A DNA stretch of 61,243 bases, the filler included, from Nemertoderma westbladi (Eukaryota; Animalia; Xenacoelomorpha): assembly GCA_032718475.1 (NCBI GenBank). It is 3 parts of 3 records of this genome, joined end to end, with 100 filler letters (N's around TTAATTAATTAA, not from the genome) between each part and the next. Parts side by side here need not be neighbours in the genome. Positions count along the whole stretch, not along the records: positions 28,605 to 51,427 come from JAUCBJ010005839.1; positions 51,528 to 61,243 come from JAUCBJ010004002.1; 1 more part is not named here. One strand, written 5' to 3'. Shown here piece by piece: positions 42,930 to 55,488 of the stretch (positions are counted from its first letter, which is position 1; each line of letters starts with the position of its first letter). A program made the translations under genes and the position numbers. Under the pieces are notes generated by a model, which was not told the DNA's origin, made no database searches, and saw only the letters and a program-made list of their open reading frames with translations.

Positions 42930-43272
42930 AATTCAATCAATATTGTGCAAATATTGATTCAATATACAAACATATTGAATCAATATGTTGACATGGTGGC
43001 AACATATTGAATCAATATGTTGACATGGTGGCAACATATTGAATCAATATTTGCACATATTGCACCAATAAGTTGACACGCTGGCAACATATTGAATCAA
43101 TATGTTAACATGCTGGCAACATATTGAATCAATATGTTGGCAACATATTGAATCAATATTCTGCCAACATATTGATTCAATATGTTGCCAACATATTGAT
43201 TCAATATGTTGCCAACATATTGATTCAATATGTTGCCAACATATTGAATCAATATGTTGACATGTTGGCGGG
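42930..43272. repeat. Array of palindromic repeats of about 24 bp (probable transposon subterminal region)
   Basis: CAACATATTGAATCAATATGTTG repeated about 10 times in both orientations, ending ...GTTGGCGGG. Confidence 0.75.
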
Positions 43273-43500
43273 AAATTTAAATATGGCTTACAGATTGTTC
43301 TACTGAAATACAGTACTGCAGTACAGTGATAGTGGTATAGGCCTACAATCCCGTACCGGTACCGGTTAGTGGTGTTAATCACAACCATTGCTAATTGTTG
43401 ACATACTTACAGACAGTATTATATCTAAATATTCTGAATGTGGGACTGTCTAGCGTCTATATGCTACATTACTGTAGTATCCTATAGTGTGCTATGGGCT

Positions 43501-44304
43501 ATGGCAGAAGAAACTGAGTCAAGTGATTTATTTTTAATTGACCTGGAAAATACTCTTAATTCCTGTATAAGGTTTTCTTCAGGAATACAAGCACGTTTGG
43601 ACTCAGAATATTACGACTACCTCCAGAGGGCGTTAAATCACTTTATTACAACTATTCAGATAATGCTGAATGACTCAGAAGTTACAACTGTTTCCGGTAA
43701 CAATACAGATAGTCAACTTCCTTTATTAGCTCAACTAGCAAGTGAGTTAAAGGAATGGCGATTATGGTTTTCTAGTATTGCCCCTCCTGGAAGTTGCACA
43801 TCTTGTGTTTCATTACCATCTTTTTCATTTCCTTTGGTTAGTTTATCTCATGATAATGCACCAGTAGTTGGCCGCCCCCATTACTACATTTCTAAAGAAA
43901 CTTTGGAGGAATTGCGGGATATCGGCTTCACTTGGGTGCAAATTTCGGAAATGTTTAGTGTTAGTCGCTCCACGATTACACGACGGGTTTCCGAATTTGG
44001 GATTCAAACATGGAGAACTTTCAGTACGATGTCTGACGATGAACTCAAAACTATTATTAAGGATATACATGGGCAGTATGGTAATGCTGGTTGTACTCTT
44101 GTTTATGGAATAATTATGTCTAGAGGTATTCGTGTCCCTAAAAGCCGTGTTCATCAACTTCTGACTGAAATCGATCCAATAATGTCAGCGCAACGTTGGG
44201 GTGCTTTAGTAAGACGCCGGAAGTACAGTGTATCAGGTGCTAATGCACTCTGGCACATATACGGACACCATAGTCTTTACCATAGTCTTAGTCTAGTATA
44301 TTAG
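43501..44304 (+). pseudogene. Truncated IS3EU-like (integrase-fold) transposase
   Basis: GRP...HTH (FTWVQISEMFSVSRSTITRR), SDDEL, G.......RGIRV, IDP, RRRKYSVSGANALWHIYGHH. The consensus WHIDG Asp reads Tyr here, and the ORF stops immediately afterwards. Confidence 0.75.
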
Positions 44305-44308
44305 TAGG

Positions 44309-45933
44309 TCACTCATTACCGAATGACATTCCGAATGTCAAGGCCTTATCAAATGCTACCTCGAAGTTTTCATATGCTATATGAACAGTGGGTATAGTAA
44401 GTGTCTCGAAACAGGTTTCTGAAAATGGTAGAGCTCGTTCCTCATCATTTTGGGCAAACTTCAATTTTAGATGATCATTAAAGCCACTAGCAGGTAAAAA
44501 CGTTGCTCCAGTGGTGAATTGTAATATTAGATTTGTCACATTTCTAGTTAGCCCACTTTCACCAACAGGTAAGAAGCGACCATTTGATCTTTGAAGATAC
44601 TCCTTAAAATGAGACTCCGCCCAAATCTCGTGTTCTTCAACAAGATCAGAAGAATATGAGAACAGTCCAAATAGTGTGTCAGGGTCCAAGTGCTGTCGCC
44701 CAAATAAGGGGAACATTTCGTCTTGATACTTCTTCAAAACATCATATAAACCAATATTACGTAATCCTTCCGCCATACCTTCTATATGGGCTTTTTTTTT
44801 GTAGACAAGCTCATCCATGAGAATAATATCTATAGCTTCCTCTGCGTTATCACTTGTAATAACACATTCTGTCCCCCAGCCACTATCAGCCATCGAATGT
44901 AGCATTGTAGGATCACAATATAGCTCATCTATTAATGTATCTTTAACTTCTTGCGATTGACTGAACTTTATTTTCTCTAACTGATTAATAACCATATGTT
45001 TTGCCTTATACGATGTTGAATTAGGCATATCTGCACAAACTAATGATTTTATAGGGTCCCCACCCAAAACGGACTCCAAGAAATAGCTCGCAATAGGTAT
45101 CGCAGGACCGCCTTGAATAATTATATATGAAATTGCCATACCTGAAACTTCAACTTGTTGAGGAGTGAGACAACGTTTAGGTATATTACCCTTCTCTGTT
45201 TCATCAAAGTACTCCCTAACTAAACAAGATGAAAATTCACTCAAAAATTCATTTTTGAGCCCACCAATATCAACGCCATTTTCGTCTTCATATATAACAT
45301 GCAGTTTTGGTAGAGGTAACTTTGGAGTACGTTTGTACCTCTTCATCAATGTGAGGCCCCTTATCCACTCCTGACCGCGGGATAGCGATATTGTTTCGAG
45401 TTGATCATCATCAACCAAAGTCTGTTGTACATGTCGCAAAATAGTTGCTCCATCAAAACCATGAAATGTACACTCTGTAGATTCAGTATTAGATTGGCCT
45501 GCATCTATTGCCTGTTGTGTTACAGTTGAAGACGAATTCTGACTACCATCTGTTGCTTCGTCTATCTGATTATCGCCATTAGAGGCAATGGGGGTTGCGG
45601 GTGTATCTTCTATCTCTACTTGTGGTTCCTCACTAGAATTAGGGAAATTTAATCGTGTTTGTCGTCTTGTAACTGGTGCAGAAACACCCGAAGCATCAGA
45701 ATCATCACTTTCTACTCCTGGTAGCTTTTCAAGCAGTTGTATGTATAATGGCGTATTATTTCTGTATAGATTTCGAAGAGCATTTCCATCGAAAGTGAAA
45801 TCAGAACTAAAGTTCCAATCGTGTACTTTGACTCTTTCAACTTTCACAAACTTGAAATCAGTTTTATCCACATTTAAACCAGAGATGATATTTTTAATCT
45901 GGTTAGCGATATCATGAGCATTATCCATATAAT
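44309..45933 (-). CDS. HECT-domain E3 ubiquitin ligase (G2E3-like), last exon
   Basis: ENGVDIGGLKNEFL, ILQFTTG...LPASGF, LPFSETCFETLTIP (catalytic Cys intact), FDKAL..FG. Acceptor tttacAG|AT at 45934/45933. Confidence 0.85.
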
Positions 45934-46367
45934 CTGTAAACAATTAATTATATTATATGATGGCTAATACATACATATAGGGAAATCCACTACCGGTATC
46001 TGTATCTGACAGTCTAGAAATAATCTTCAGTCTGACAGTCAAAATTAAGTCATTACGGACAAAAAAGTAATTTCATAAAAAATTCGCCCCAGGTTTATAT
46101 AATATACAGATAATAATAATGATTAGGGTCTATAACTAACTACAGTACAGCAGTAGATCTAGATGCAAACTATTTCACTAGACAAATAGCCAGTAGACAA
46201 AACTAGACAGTAGACAAATATTTAAAACAATAAACATCAAGGGGCGATCCGACTCGCACCCATATTTTAGCCCCCCCGCCCTGTAACCTGATACCGGTAG
46301 TAAATACAGAAATAATGGGTAAGTAAAGGCTGAAAGGTGACAAAATTTTTGACTCTGATTCACTTAC

Positions 46368-46500
46368 CAAAAGTAATACCAGAAAATTTCCAAACAACAT
46401 CGCCGTGTAATGTCTGTCGTTCATTAGTATGAAATGGTCGCAGTATCTTCAGCTCTTTGAAAGTCTTCGATTCTATTCTATCTATAGCCAGTTTAGGTAG
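46368..46500 (-). CDS. Putative upstream exon of the HECT gene
   Basis: 133-nt open segment (LPKLAIDRIESK...WKFSGITF) between an AG and G|GTAAGT. Its phase-1 end joins the HECT exon in frame (G+AT = Asp). Confidence 0.6.
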
Positions 46501-46673
46501 CTACATTTAGATTACATTACATTTAGATATTTACATGTACTGCATTGTTGGACATCAGCAGTACACTACTGCTCTATGATGTTGTACTGATGGTACCGGT
46601 ACCGGGCATGCTGCCTACTGGAACACAGTAATTCTGTAATAAATACCCTCTATTTTAAGTATCTCAGTTGAAT

Positions 46674-47552
46674 ATGGCCTCTAAGAATCCCAATAAACAT
46701 TCTGGAGGTGGACATCGAAATAAATCGCACTCCCATCACCTGAACGATGACAGCTCGCTTCGTTCCGGTTCCCGGTATTCCCCCATTACTACCGTAGATG
46801 CGGGGGATGCTGACTCCGACGTGTTTCCCGATTATGACACTGATTTAGGAAAAATTCTCTCCGCTATGAATAGCCTCAGGGACCACATGGAAGGTAAATT
46901 CGACTCAGTCTTCCACGAATTGTACACCATTCGTGATTCGGTTACGGATCTGAAAGAAAACGTAAGTGAGCTTTCTTCCATCCTGGAAGGTAAGATTAAC
47001 AACCTCTCTGAGCGAATAACATCCTCAGATAGGATGCATCTGAGTGATCGTGTATATAGTCGCCGTTGGAATATTATTCTGTATGAAGCGCAAACCATTT
47101 CTCTATCCGGTAAGGAAACAAATGTTGAAACGAGGAAAATCGTTACTGATATTGCAGTCAGTATTGGCCTCCCCAACCCTCATCTTGCCGCCTGTCATCG
47201 CCTTTCCCAAAAACCCAAAGCCCCTATCATTCTGAAATTTGTCCAACTAGAAGATACCTCTAGTTGGCTATCTAAATGGAAACAGTTCAGCGAGAAGGGT
47301 TTGACGATTTCTCAAGATATACCCGCTGAACTACAACCTATACGGAGGGATCTCCTCCGTATGAAGAAGACGTTCACAGCGGATATACGGTCAATGACAC
47401 GGCTTGTTATCGACTACAAGCACTATCCCTTTATCTATCTACGTCACCGCAACGGAACTGTTACTACCTCCACTATTGTTCCGACGGTTCCGGTCATTCC
47501 TGACATACGTCATTCAGTATCCGTTCCTCGTGATTTGGGTGACAGTGCGTGA
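46674..47552 (+). CDS. LINE ORF1 (coiled coil + RRM type)
   Basis: Heptad segment followed by RRWNIILY...ACHRL...PIILKF...ISQDIP, typical of CR1/L2-group ORF1. Confidence 0.8.
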   Translation: MASKNPNKHSGGGHRNKSHSHHLNDDSSLRSGSRYSPITTVDAGDADSDVFPDYDTDLGKILSAMNSLRDHMEGKFDSVFHELYTIRDSVTDLKENVSELSSILEGKINNLSERITSSDRMHLSDRVYSRRWNIILYEAQTISLSGKETNVETRKIVTDIAVSIGLPNPHLAACHRLSQKPKAPIILKFVQLEDTSSWLSKWKQFSEKGLTISQDIPAELQPIRRDLLRMKKTFTADIRSMTRLVIDYKHYPFIYLRHRNGTVTTSTIVPTVPVIPDIRHSVSVPRDLGDSA

Positions 47553-48449
47553 GTTAGCACGTTGCGCATATTGGGGTTCATAATCTGATCAGGCCTGTAT
47601 GTTAAATCCTGTACCGGTACATTATAAACCATACAGCCATACCTGATAAAAACCACTCCTGAATTCTAATGTCTAGTTTGTTTTTTGATCTGCCCTTCAT
47701 GTGCCCGTTTATCTGGTGTTAGTAAAAATAGTAAATAGTAGGTACGCCTAAAGATAGGCTTATACACAAAGAATTTAAGGGTCCTACTTTAATTGTTCAC
47801 TTCGTTATTATTAAGTACTTTGTTTTAATCACCTAGAGGGTACCAGAGCCGGATGTGACATTAATAAACCCGTATTTCTTTTCGCTATGGTTAGATTAAA
47901 TACAAACGATCTTCTGGTGTTTACATCAATGTTAAAATAATATTGTCAATAATATTATTATATATATATTGTCAATATTGTTAATAAATTATCGGTAATT
48001 TAGTTAAAATGTTAAGGAATATTTTGATAATAGTTAAATTTAATACACCCTTTTATCTGTTATCTGTTGGTCGCCAACCCAAATAAATAACTAAATATAT
48101 ATAATGTCGATAATTTTAAATTCAATTAAAATAGACACTTCGTTTTTCCTTCCAGTCAGTGTTCAATAAACATATATTTGTTCTGGTTATATAAATATTA
48201 ATCGCCACCTATGTTGATTGCCTTGTTAAATTACCCTGAGGTATTATTTCTTTTGTGTTCCTTTATAATTGTATTTTACTTTGTTTTGCGTTGCCCCATC
48301 CAGTACGTACCATTAGGCAACATTGCCTAACTTGTTCTGTTCGAGTTCTTTGTATTGTGTTTTACAAGTTATACCTTATTTAGTTTACCAATACCCACCC
48401 CCCCCCCCCCCCCCCCCACCCACCCCCCGTCCCCTCCCTCCTACCTCCA

Positions 48450-51427
48450 ATGTCGCATTGCCCCTCCTCCCTCCCTCCACTTTCATGTAACTTCTGCTAC
48501 GCAAAAATTTTAACGTCCACTCACTTCTTCACCTGTTCAATATGTTCAAATACTTTCCACATTCCCTGTGGTACTCATCTGTCCTCAGGTGAGGTGAGCG
48601 ACCTGTCTCGGTGCTCTGCTGGTATCTATTGCCTTTTTTGCTATTCAGATATCTTTCCCTTTTCTAAAATTAATTCAGAAGATTCCGACATATTTGATCC
48701 GCCTTCCGGTACTAACTCCTCGGAATCCGACTCATCTACGTCGGATATCCTAAACCAAACGTTCAGTCAAATCGATCCCGACCAAAATCTAACTAATCTA
48801 AATATAGACGTAGGCAATTACTCAGAATTAAAATTTAATAAAGAATTCAATGAATTAAACCCAAAATCATCCCTCTCTGTTTTTAACCTTAATTGTAGAA
48901 GTCTTCCAGCAAATTTATCGGCAATAACTGACTTTCTATTATCATTGTATAAAAAATTTGACATACTTACTTTTTCCGAAACTTTTATTTCCGAGAATGT
49001 TTCAAACGATTCCATTAAAATTCCCGGTTACCAAGGTCCATTCCTTGACAATCGAAAGTATGGCATATTAAAAAGAGGGGGGACAGCAATTTACGTAGCT
49101 GATGGCTACGATGTTGTGGAGAGGACTGATTTAAAAATAGATTCCGTAAATGGCCCTGAAAACTCTTGGATTCAAATCCAACGCCCCCGCATGAAATCTC
49201 TAATTATTGGTACACTCTATCGTCCTGAAACTATATCTTTTGAAACCTTACTCTCCGTTCTGGACGACTCTATTGCTACTCTAACTAATCGTAACTATGA
49301 CGTCATTATTACTGGCGACCTTAACATTGACCTTCTAAAGACTACTCCGAACTCTAAACGCTATACGGAACTACTAAACTCATACGGTTTCCTACAACTA
49401 ATCAACCAGCCTACTAGAGTAACTCCCTGGTCCGAATCTCTAATAGACCACATTATTACTAATATCACTACCTCTATATCTAAAGCTGGCACATTTCAAA
49501 GTAAGATAGGCACTTCAGATCACCAACCTACATTCTCAATTTTTCAGAAATACTCCTGCTTTTTTACTCAGCCAAAAAATCATACCGTATTCGACTACTC
49601 CCAATATAACCGTAACAAATTTCTAGAACAACTTAAATCGCCATCTACCTGGTCTTATTTCTCGGACGACATACCTAACTCAGAAAAATTCAATAAATTC
49701 TACGAAAATTTAACCAATATCTGCTCGCTTCACGTGCCTAAAAAATCTATCCCCCCAAAGAGAATTACAATTAAACCCTGGATGACTGACAGTTTGTTAA
49801 ACTGTACCATTAAAAAAAATTACCTTTATCGCATCTATATTAAACACCCATCAGAGGCCAATCATAATAATTTTAAAAAATATCGCAATAAATTAACTTC
49901 TACTCTACGGGCTGCGGAACGTAACTACTACTCCTCTCAATTTGAATCTAACTCTAACAACACTCGCAAAACGTGGCTTATCATTAATTCAGCTCTAAAT
50001 AGATCTACTAAATCAAAGGCTCCAAAAAAATTAATATTATGCACCAATAATTCAACTGAAACAATTACAGACCCAACCCGCATTGCAAATGTCTTAAATA
50101 CTCACTTCGCTACTATAGGTCCTACTCTCGCTAATGAAATACCCACTTCTACCCGTTCTCCCCTCCGCTATATTAATCACACTAAATCCAACTCGTTCTC
50201 TCTAGTAGAAACCTCCCCACTAGAAGTAGAGTATCTATTGCATAATCTAAACCCTAAATCTTCATCTAATGACAACTTTCCAACTAAATTATTAATTCAC
50301 GCTGCTAAACCTATCTCGACTCATCTGAGCTACCTAATCAATTTATCGATCAAACAGGGCTTCTTCCCTAAAGTTCTCAAATATGCTCAAGTTATTCCAT
50401 CTTATAAGGGAGGGAGCCCCTACGATCCTAACAACTTCAGACCTATATCATTGCTACCTGTGCTATCCAAAATATATGAACAAATAATTAAACTACAACT
50501 TATGACATACTTAAACAAATATTCTATTCTTACATCTTCACAATTCGGCTTCAGACCGAAAATAACAACTACTCATGCTCTCCTATCGGTAATTGAACGA
50601 ATTCATGACTCCCTAGATACTAAAAACTCTACCTGCGCTATATATATAGACCTGAAAAAGGCTTTTGATACCCTAAATCACAAAATATTACTAAAGAAGC
50701 TTGAATCTTATGGTATCAGAGGCCTACCTCATAAACTAATAGCTAGCTTTCTATCTGACCGAACCCAATCTGTCACTATTGACAACCACACCTCCTCTCT
50801 AGAACCGCTAACCTGTGGTGTCCCTCAAGGCTCCACAATTTCTCCAATTCTATTCTTACTCTATATTAATGACCTCCCAAACGCTTCTCACTTACTAACT
50901 GCACTATTTGCAGATGATACTACTCTTTTTCAATCTAATCATAATGTTAATAACCTAATTAGTAATACTAATCTAGAATTACAGAAAATTTCTGATTGGC
51001 TAATAGATAATCGGCTCTCTCTCAACCTAACTAAAACTGAATATACTATCTTCTCTAATACTGTAAACTCTAATACCCAGGTTCCACCAATCCAAATAAA
51101 TTCTCGTAATATTAAACGTACTGTAAGTACAAAATTTCTCGGAATCTGGGTAGATAAACACCTGAATTGGAAGTCTCATGTAGGGAGTGTATTAAAAAAA
51201 ATATCTAAAATATCTGGCATATTTTATAAGCTCCGCTATATTTTTCCTCTCCGTATTCTCCGTCTACTCTATTTCTCTTTAATTCATCCCTATCTACACT
51301 ATGGCATTCTACTTTGGGGTGGTACATATATTTCTACTTTAAGGCCTCTCCGTATTCAAATAAACAAACTCATTAGATGCATCACCTTTAGCCACTATCA
51401 AGCTTCCTCTGCCCCTTTATACAAATC
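48450..51427 (+). CDS. CR1/L2-group LINE ORF2: PHD-like finger, APE endonuclease and RT; open until the gap
   Basis: CNFC...CSIC...HIPC...CLFC; NLNCRSL, SETF, GDLNID, IDHI, SDH; FRPISLLP, QFGFR, DLKKAFD, GVPQGS, FADD, KFLG. Confidence 0.93.
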
Positions 51428-51527
51428 NNNNNNNNNNNNNNNNNNNNNNNNNNNNNNNNNNNNNNNNNNNNTTAATTAATTAANNNNNNNNNNNNNNNNN
51501 NNNNNNNNNNNNNNNNNNNNNNNNNNN
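51428..51527. other. Assembly gap with artificial linker
   Basis: 44 N + TTAATTAATTAA + 44 N. Confidence 0.97.
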
Positions 51528-51954
51528 TTTATTTCAAAAGTGTATGTAATATGTAATAGTTATATGTGAATGATCATTAACATGGTAATAATATTAACGA
51601 TAAATCGTTGTTTGCTTTCACTCCTTTGTTCACATTTTAAATACCATACACATATTACACAGGTCGTATTCACTCACCCCTAGAGTCCAATCAGCCTTTC
51701 ATCCCCTGCTGACAATAAAATGAGGACCAATTGAATTAAGGGAGCAAACAAAGGATAAGAGTAGCGCGCATTCCTAGCTTCGGGTAGCAGCTATCGAAAG
51801 AGGAACGTTTAGGTCTATGTTAAACCCCCATCTGATGGCGTGTTTCTGCAACAACGTCATAATGTAACCAACTGCAATAGCATAAACTCCATCTCCACAA
51901 ATAAGTCTCTATCTACCGCCAATCAATATCTTCGGTTTCTTCCGCATTGCCTCA

Positions 51955-53057
51955 TCAAATTCGAGATATACCTGGTATCCCTGCGCCGTCGTCCAGCCCG
52001 AGCCCGCTACGCCATTTCGTCCGCGACCCTCTAAGGCAATGGGAAGCCCCGCGTATGATAGCCAGCTGGACCCGGGTACGGACCCACCCCATCGCCATGC
52101 TGTAGGGTCTCCCCCACGTCCGGTGGAGCTTCTGGGCAATGGTCCTGAGGAGCTTGTCCGCTTGGGGGGCCAACACTCCGTCGCAGGAGGCAACGTATGG
52201 CGAGAAGTCGCCACGCCGCGCCCAGACTGCGTCGGAGTAGAGCCGCTTCTTCTCGTCTTCGGCTGACTCGAGGACTGACATCGGGGAGCGCCCCGCATAA
52301 GACCCGGCATCAAGGTTAACCAACCTGATGTCGATCAACGCCTGGGTCTGCGGGTTAAACGCCCCCCGAATGCCCACGTCACACCGAAGACCAGACGCTC
52401 CGTCGACCCCCTGCTGCTCCCGAACGACCGGCTCGCAAGTAACATTGCGGGGCCCGAACGCTGCCGCCGCCAGGTCGCCCACAACGTCCCGTAGCTCATT
52501 GTGGCGCTGGATGACGAGACCTCCTTTCTTGCAATTTAACCCGTGGTTAAGATCGAAGGGGGCCCCGCACCCATCGCACCGGCTCGGAACCGAGGCGAGG
52601 GGCCGACCATAGCGGATGGCCACCGCATCACGGAACTCACGAGGAGAAAGGTCGAGGTGATGCTCTGCATGGGGGAGACAGGAAATCCAGCCGCTGGTAC
52701 GGTAGTCAACAGCTCGTTGTACTGTGCGTCGTCGGGTCTGTGACATGTCTTCGATCGCCTCCTTGAACCCGGTCTCCTCCCGTGCAAGCTGTAGTGTACG
52801 CCCCACTTTGCGAGCCCCCTGAAGACAAGCGAGGTGATCTACCAGGGAGAAGGTTTCAACCCCAATGATTGCCCGGCTGAGGGACCGAGTTCCGGCTCGG
52901 GATGTGTCGTAGGAAGGAGTAGCTTCCACTAACGGGTCACGTAGGCCCATCCCTCCTATGCGGGGGGACAAGGAGAACAGCTGGCGTTCGTTAGAGGATA
53001 TTTCGCCTCCGAGTAGGGCAGGCAGAAAACGCTGGGCTATGGCCTCCTCGAGGATTC
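51955..53057 (-). mobile_element. 5'-truncated CRE-like non-LTR element (RT thumb, CCHC, RLE endonuclease)
   Basis: GGMGL, EFRDAV..RY, CDGC...HGLNC..GG...RHNELRD, EP, RCDV.IRG, IDIR, EDEKKRLY. Confidence 0.88.
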
Positions 53058-54913
53058 GGTAATACTATTTTATAGATATTCCCACATAATCAAAATGTTC
53101 TAGAACATTGTGTATTTATTTAATAGAATAAATGGCCTGCAGCGGAAGAAAATACATGCAAAATTCGAATGTCCATATCTCAGCTATTTCACAACCAAAT
53201 TCAAATATTTTTACATATTTGGAATCCTTGCACGGTCAGCTTTCTACTAGTAAGTACCAACAAATCACTAAATGTTTGAAGAATAACTGCGGTGTAACTG
53301 GTGCAATATCGACGGAGACACTTTTTTTAAACGCTTGTAGCTTAAGAATGAAAGCAAAAAAAAAATTCTGGCTCACCCACGGATGAGGAGGGAGGTGAAA
53401 CTATCTCTGTTTCAAATTTCATGCAATATTATTAAGATTTGTAGAAAAATTTGGGGGAAGCCATGTACCTGAATAACGACACTATATTCCAGGACATGGT
53501 GTATGTACTGTATATGATCTTCCAAATACAAACAGTGCTAGACAAAAAGTTTTAGGCAGATGATAACTGATGGATGACCTTGGGGGTGGTGGCCGGGTGG
53601 GGGGGTTCTGGATCACTAACGAGCTTATGTGACTAGGGGGTGGGGGGGGGGTGCCAAAACGGTGATAAAAAAAAACAGACAAAAACGGTAATATTGTGAT
53701 GGCGGTGATATTTGAAAGACCCCTAAATGATAAAATTGGTTTTTGATCAAATTCTAGGAGGCCTAACTATAAACACATAATCTAATCAACATTTTTCATT
53801 TTCATATATCATCAGAAATGAGAAGGGAAAGTAATTTTCTTTTAGGACAGCTACATATTTTTCCCTTTCATACAGTATGGTTATATGGTATAGCTTTAAT
53901 GGTTTGGTGTTTGGAAAAGCGGAAAGACCAATGTGGCACGATGGAATCACTGATTTTGACATTCTGCAGCTGTGAAGTTTTCATAACAATTGACGTCAAA
54001 TTGGTGGGCGCGTTATTAGGTTATCCGGCGTAATTTTTGGATGGATTCCATATTGGCTTAGAGGCCGTCCAGAATTCCCACTGTTAAAGTTTCCAACAGA
54101 GTGCGGTTGGAATGTTTATTTATCCGCATTTGTTTACGCCTAACAAATCGCCGTTAAACTGAACTAATGAATTCGAATTCCCACTTGAACACTCATTCTT
54201 CAACTTATCGGATTATGCAACAAAACTTCAGATTTTATTTTACACTTATCGGGGTCCCTTCCTCAAAGAAAGTACAATCAGTGCAAACTGAAAAACAACT
54301 ATGTTAGAAATAGTTGGACTAATTCTGTAATTGCTAATAGCATCTGACTGCCTGACTGCCAGTGAGAGCCCAATATTTAGAATGCTGGGATGAAATTGGC
54401 TGTGATTGGCTGGTTTGTACATCAACCATCTACACCAACAGACAAGAAATTAAGGGAGTCCAAGAATTCAAGATACTTTATTGAGGTGAAGCGAATGAGC
54501 TAAAATCGCATTCTGCTCTATATCAATATCTAATCGTATGTATTTTTACTCCAATGGGGGAGAGTGCGAGACCTCTTTCTTCTCCCCTTAGCATAGCATC
54601 CATAGAACATAACACTGATCTGCTCAGATACCGATTAGATGCTCAGATCTGCCCACTAAATCTTAATCTGTGTTCATGGAGGGTGGTTGATACAGGTGGT
54701 ATAGTACAATAGAGCACGGCATTTGTCATGTGTTGTCTCTAGCTGATGTTTAGGGCTGCACTTAGTAGTCTTGTGTAGCAACCATAAATTCGGTGTTCAA
54801 GTGATTTCGTCAGTGTCCAGGTCTCACCCCCGTATAAAAATACACTTTCCACCGTGGCTCGAAAGAACTTAGTCTTCAGGTTCCTGGAGAAATCTGATTT
54901 CCAGATGATTCCT

Positions 54914-55488
54914 TCGAATACATAAGGGAAGGGCATGGGCAGCCTTGAATAGGCTTTCCAGGATTTGGAACTCACCGAGAATTAATCGGAAACTTAAGGT
55001 CCGATTGTTTAGAGCAGCAGTAGTTCCAGTACTCCTCTATGGGATTCCATGTTGGGCTCTAACTGCTGAGGACACCAAATCTCTGCATGGCACATTCACA
55101 AGAATGCTACGCCGGGTTCATTGTGTCAAGTACAATGCACACATCTCCAACCAGACACTATATAACTTTGGAGGTGTCTCATTGGTTCCACCAATCTTGG
55201 CACTACAACAAAGTCGCCCCCGCTTTGCAGGACATTGCTATCGCCATGAGGACCAGCCAGTGCATAATCTTGTGCTTTGGCAGCCTCATGGAGTGATAAG
55301 CATGGTGCAAAGCCCATGACTTTCTTGAGATGCATCTTAAAGGACACTGGCGTTGAAGATGCGGATGATCTAGCAAATGTCATGGGTGATAGGGAGTTGT
55401 GGCGGCGCAATTTTGTCGACAAGCCGGCACAGCATCCTTTAAAACTGCAGCTGCAATGCATCATGCTGATCCTAGTAGAAGAAGTAGT
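54914..55488 (+). mobile_element. 3' fragment of another RTE-like family inserted antisense
   Basis: AWAALNRLSRIW...LFRAAVVPVLLYG...FAGHC.R...LVLWQP, ending in an AGT/AGA-type tail. Confidence 0.8.

Noticed and set aside
43044-43388. ORFs with repeats CWQHIESI / YVANILIQ
   Set aside because: Translations of the palindromic repeat array.
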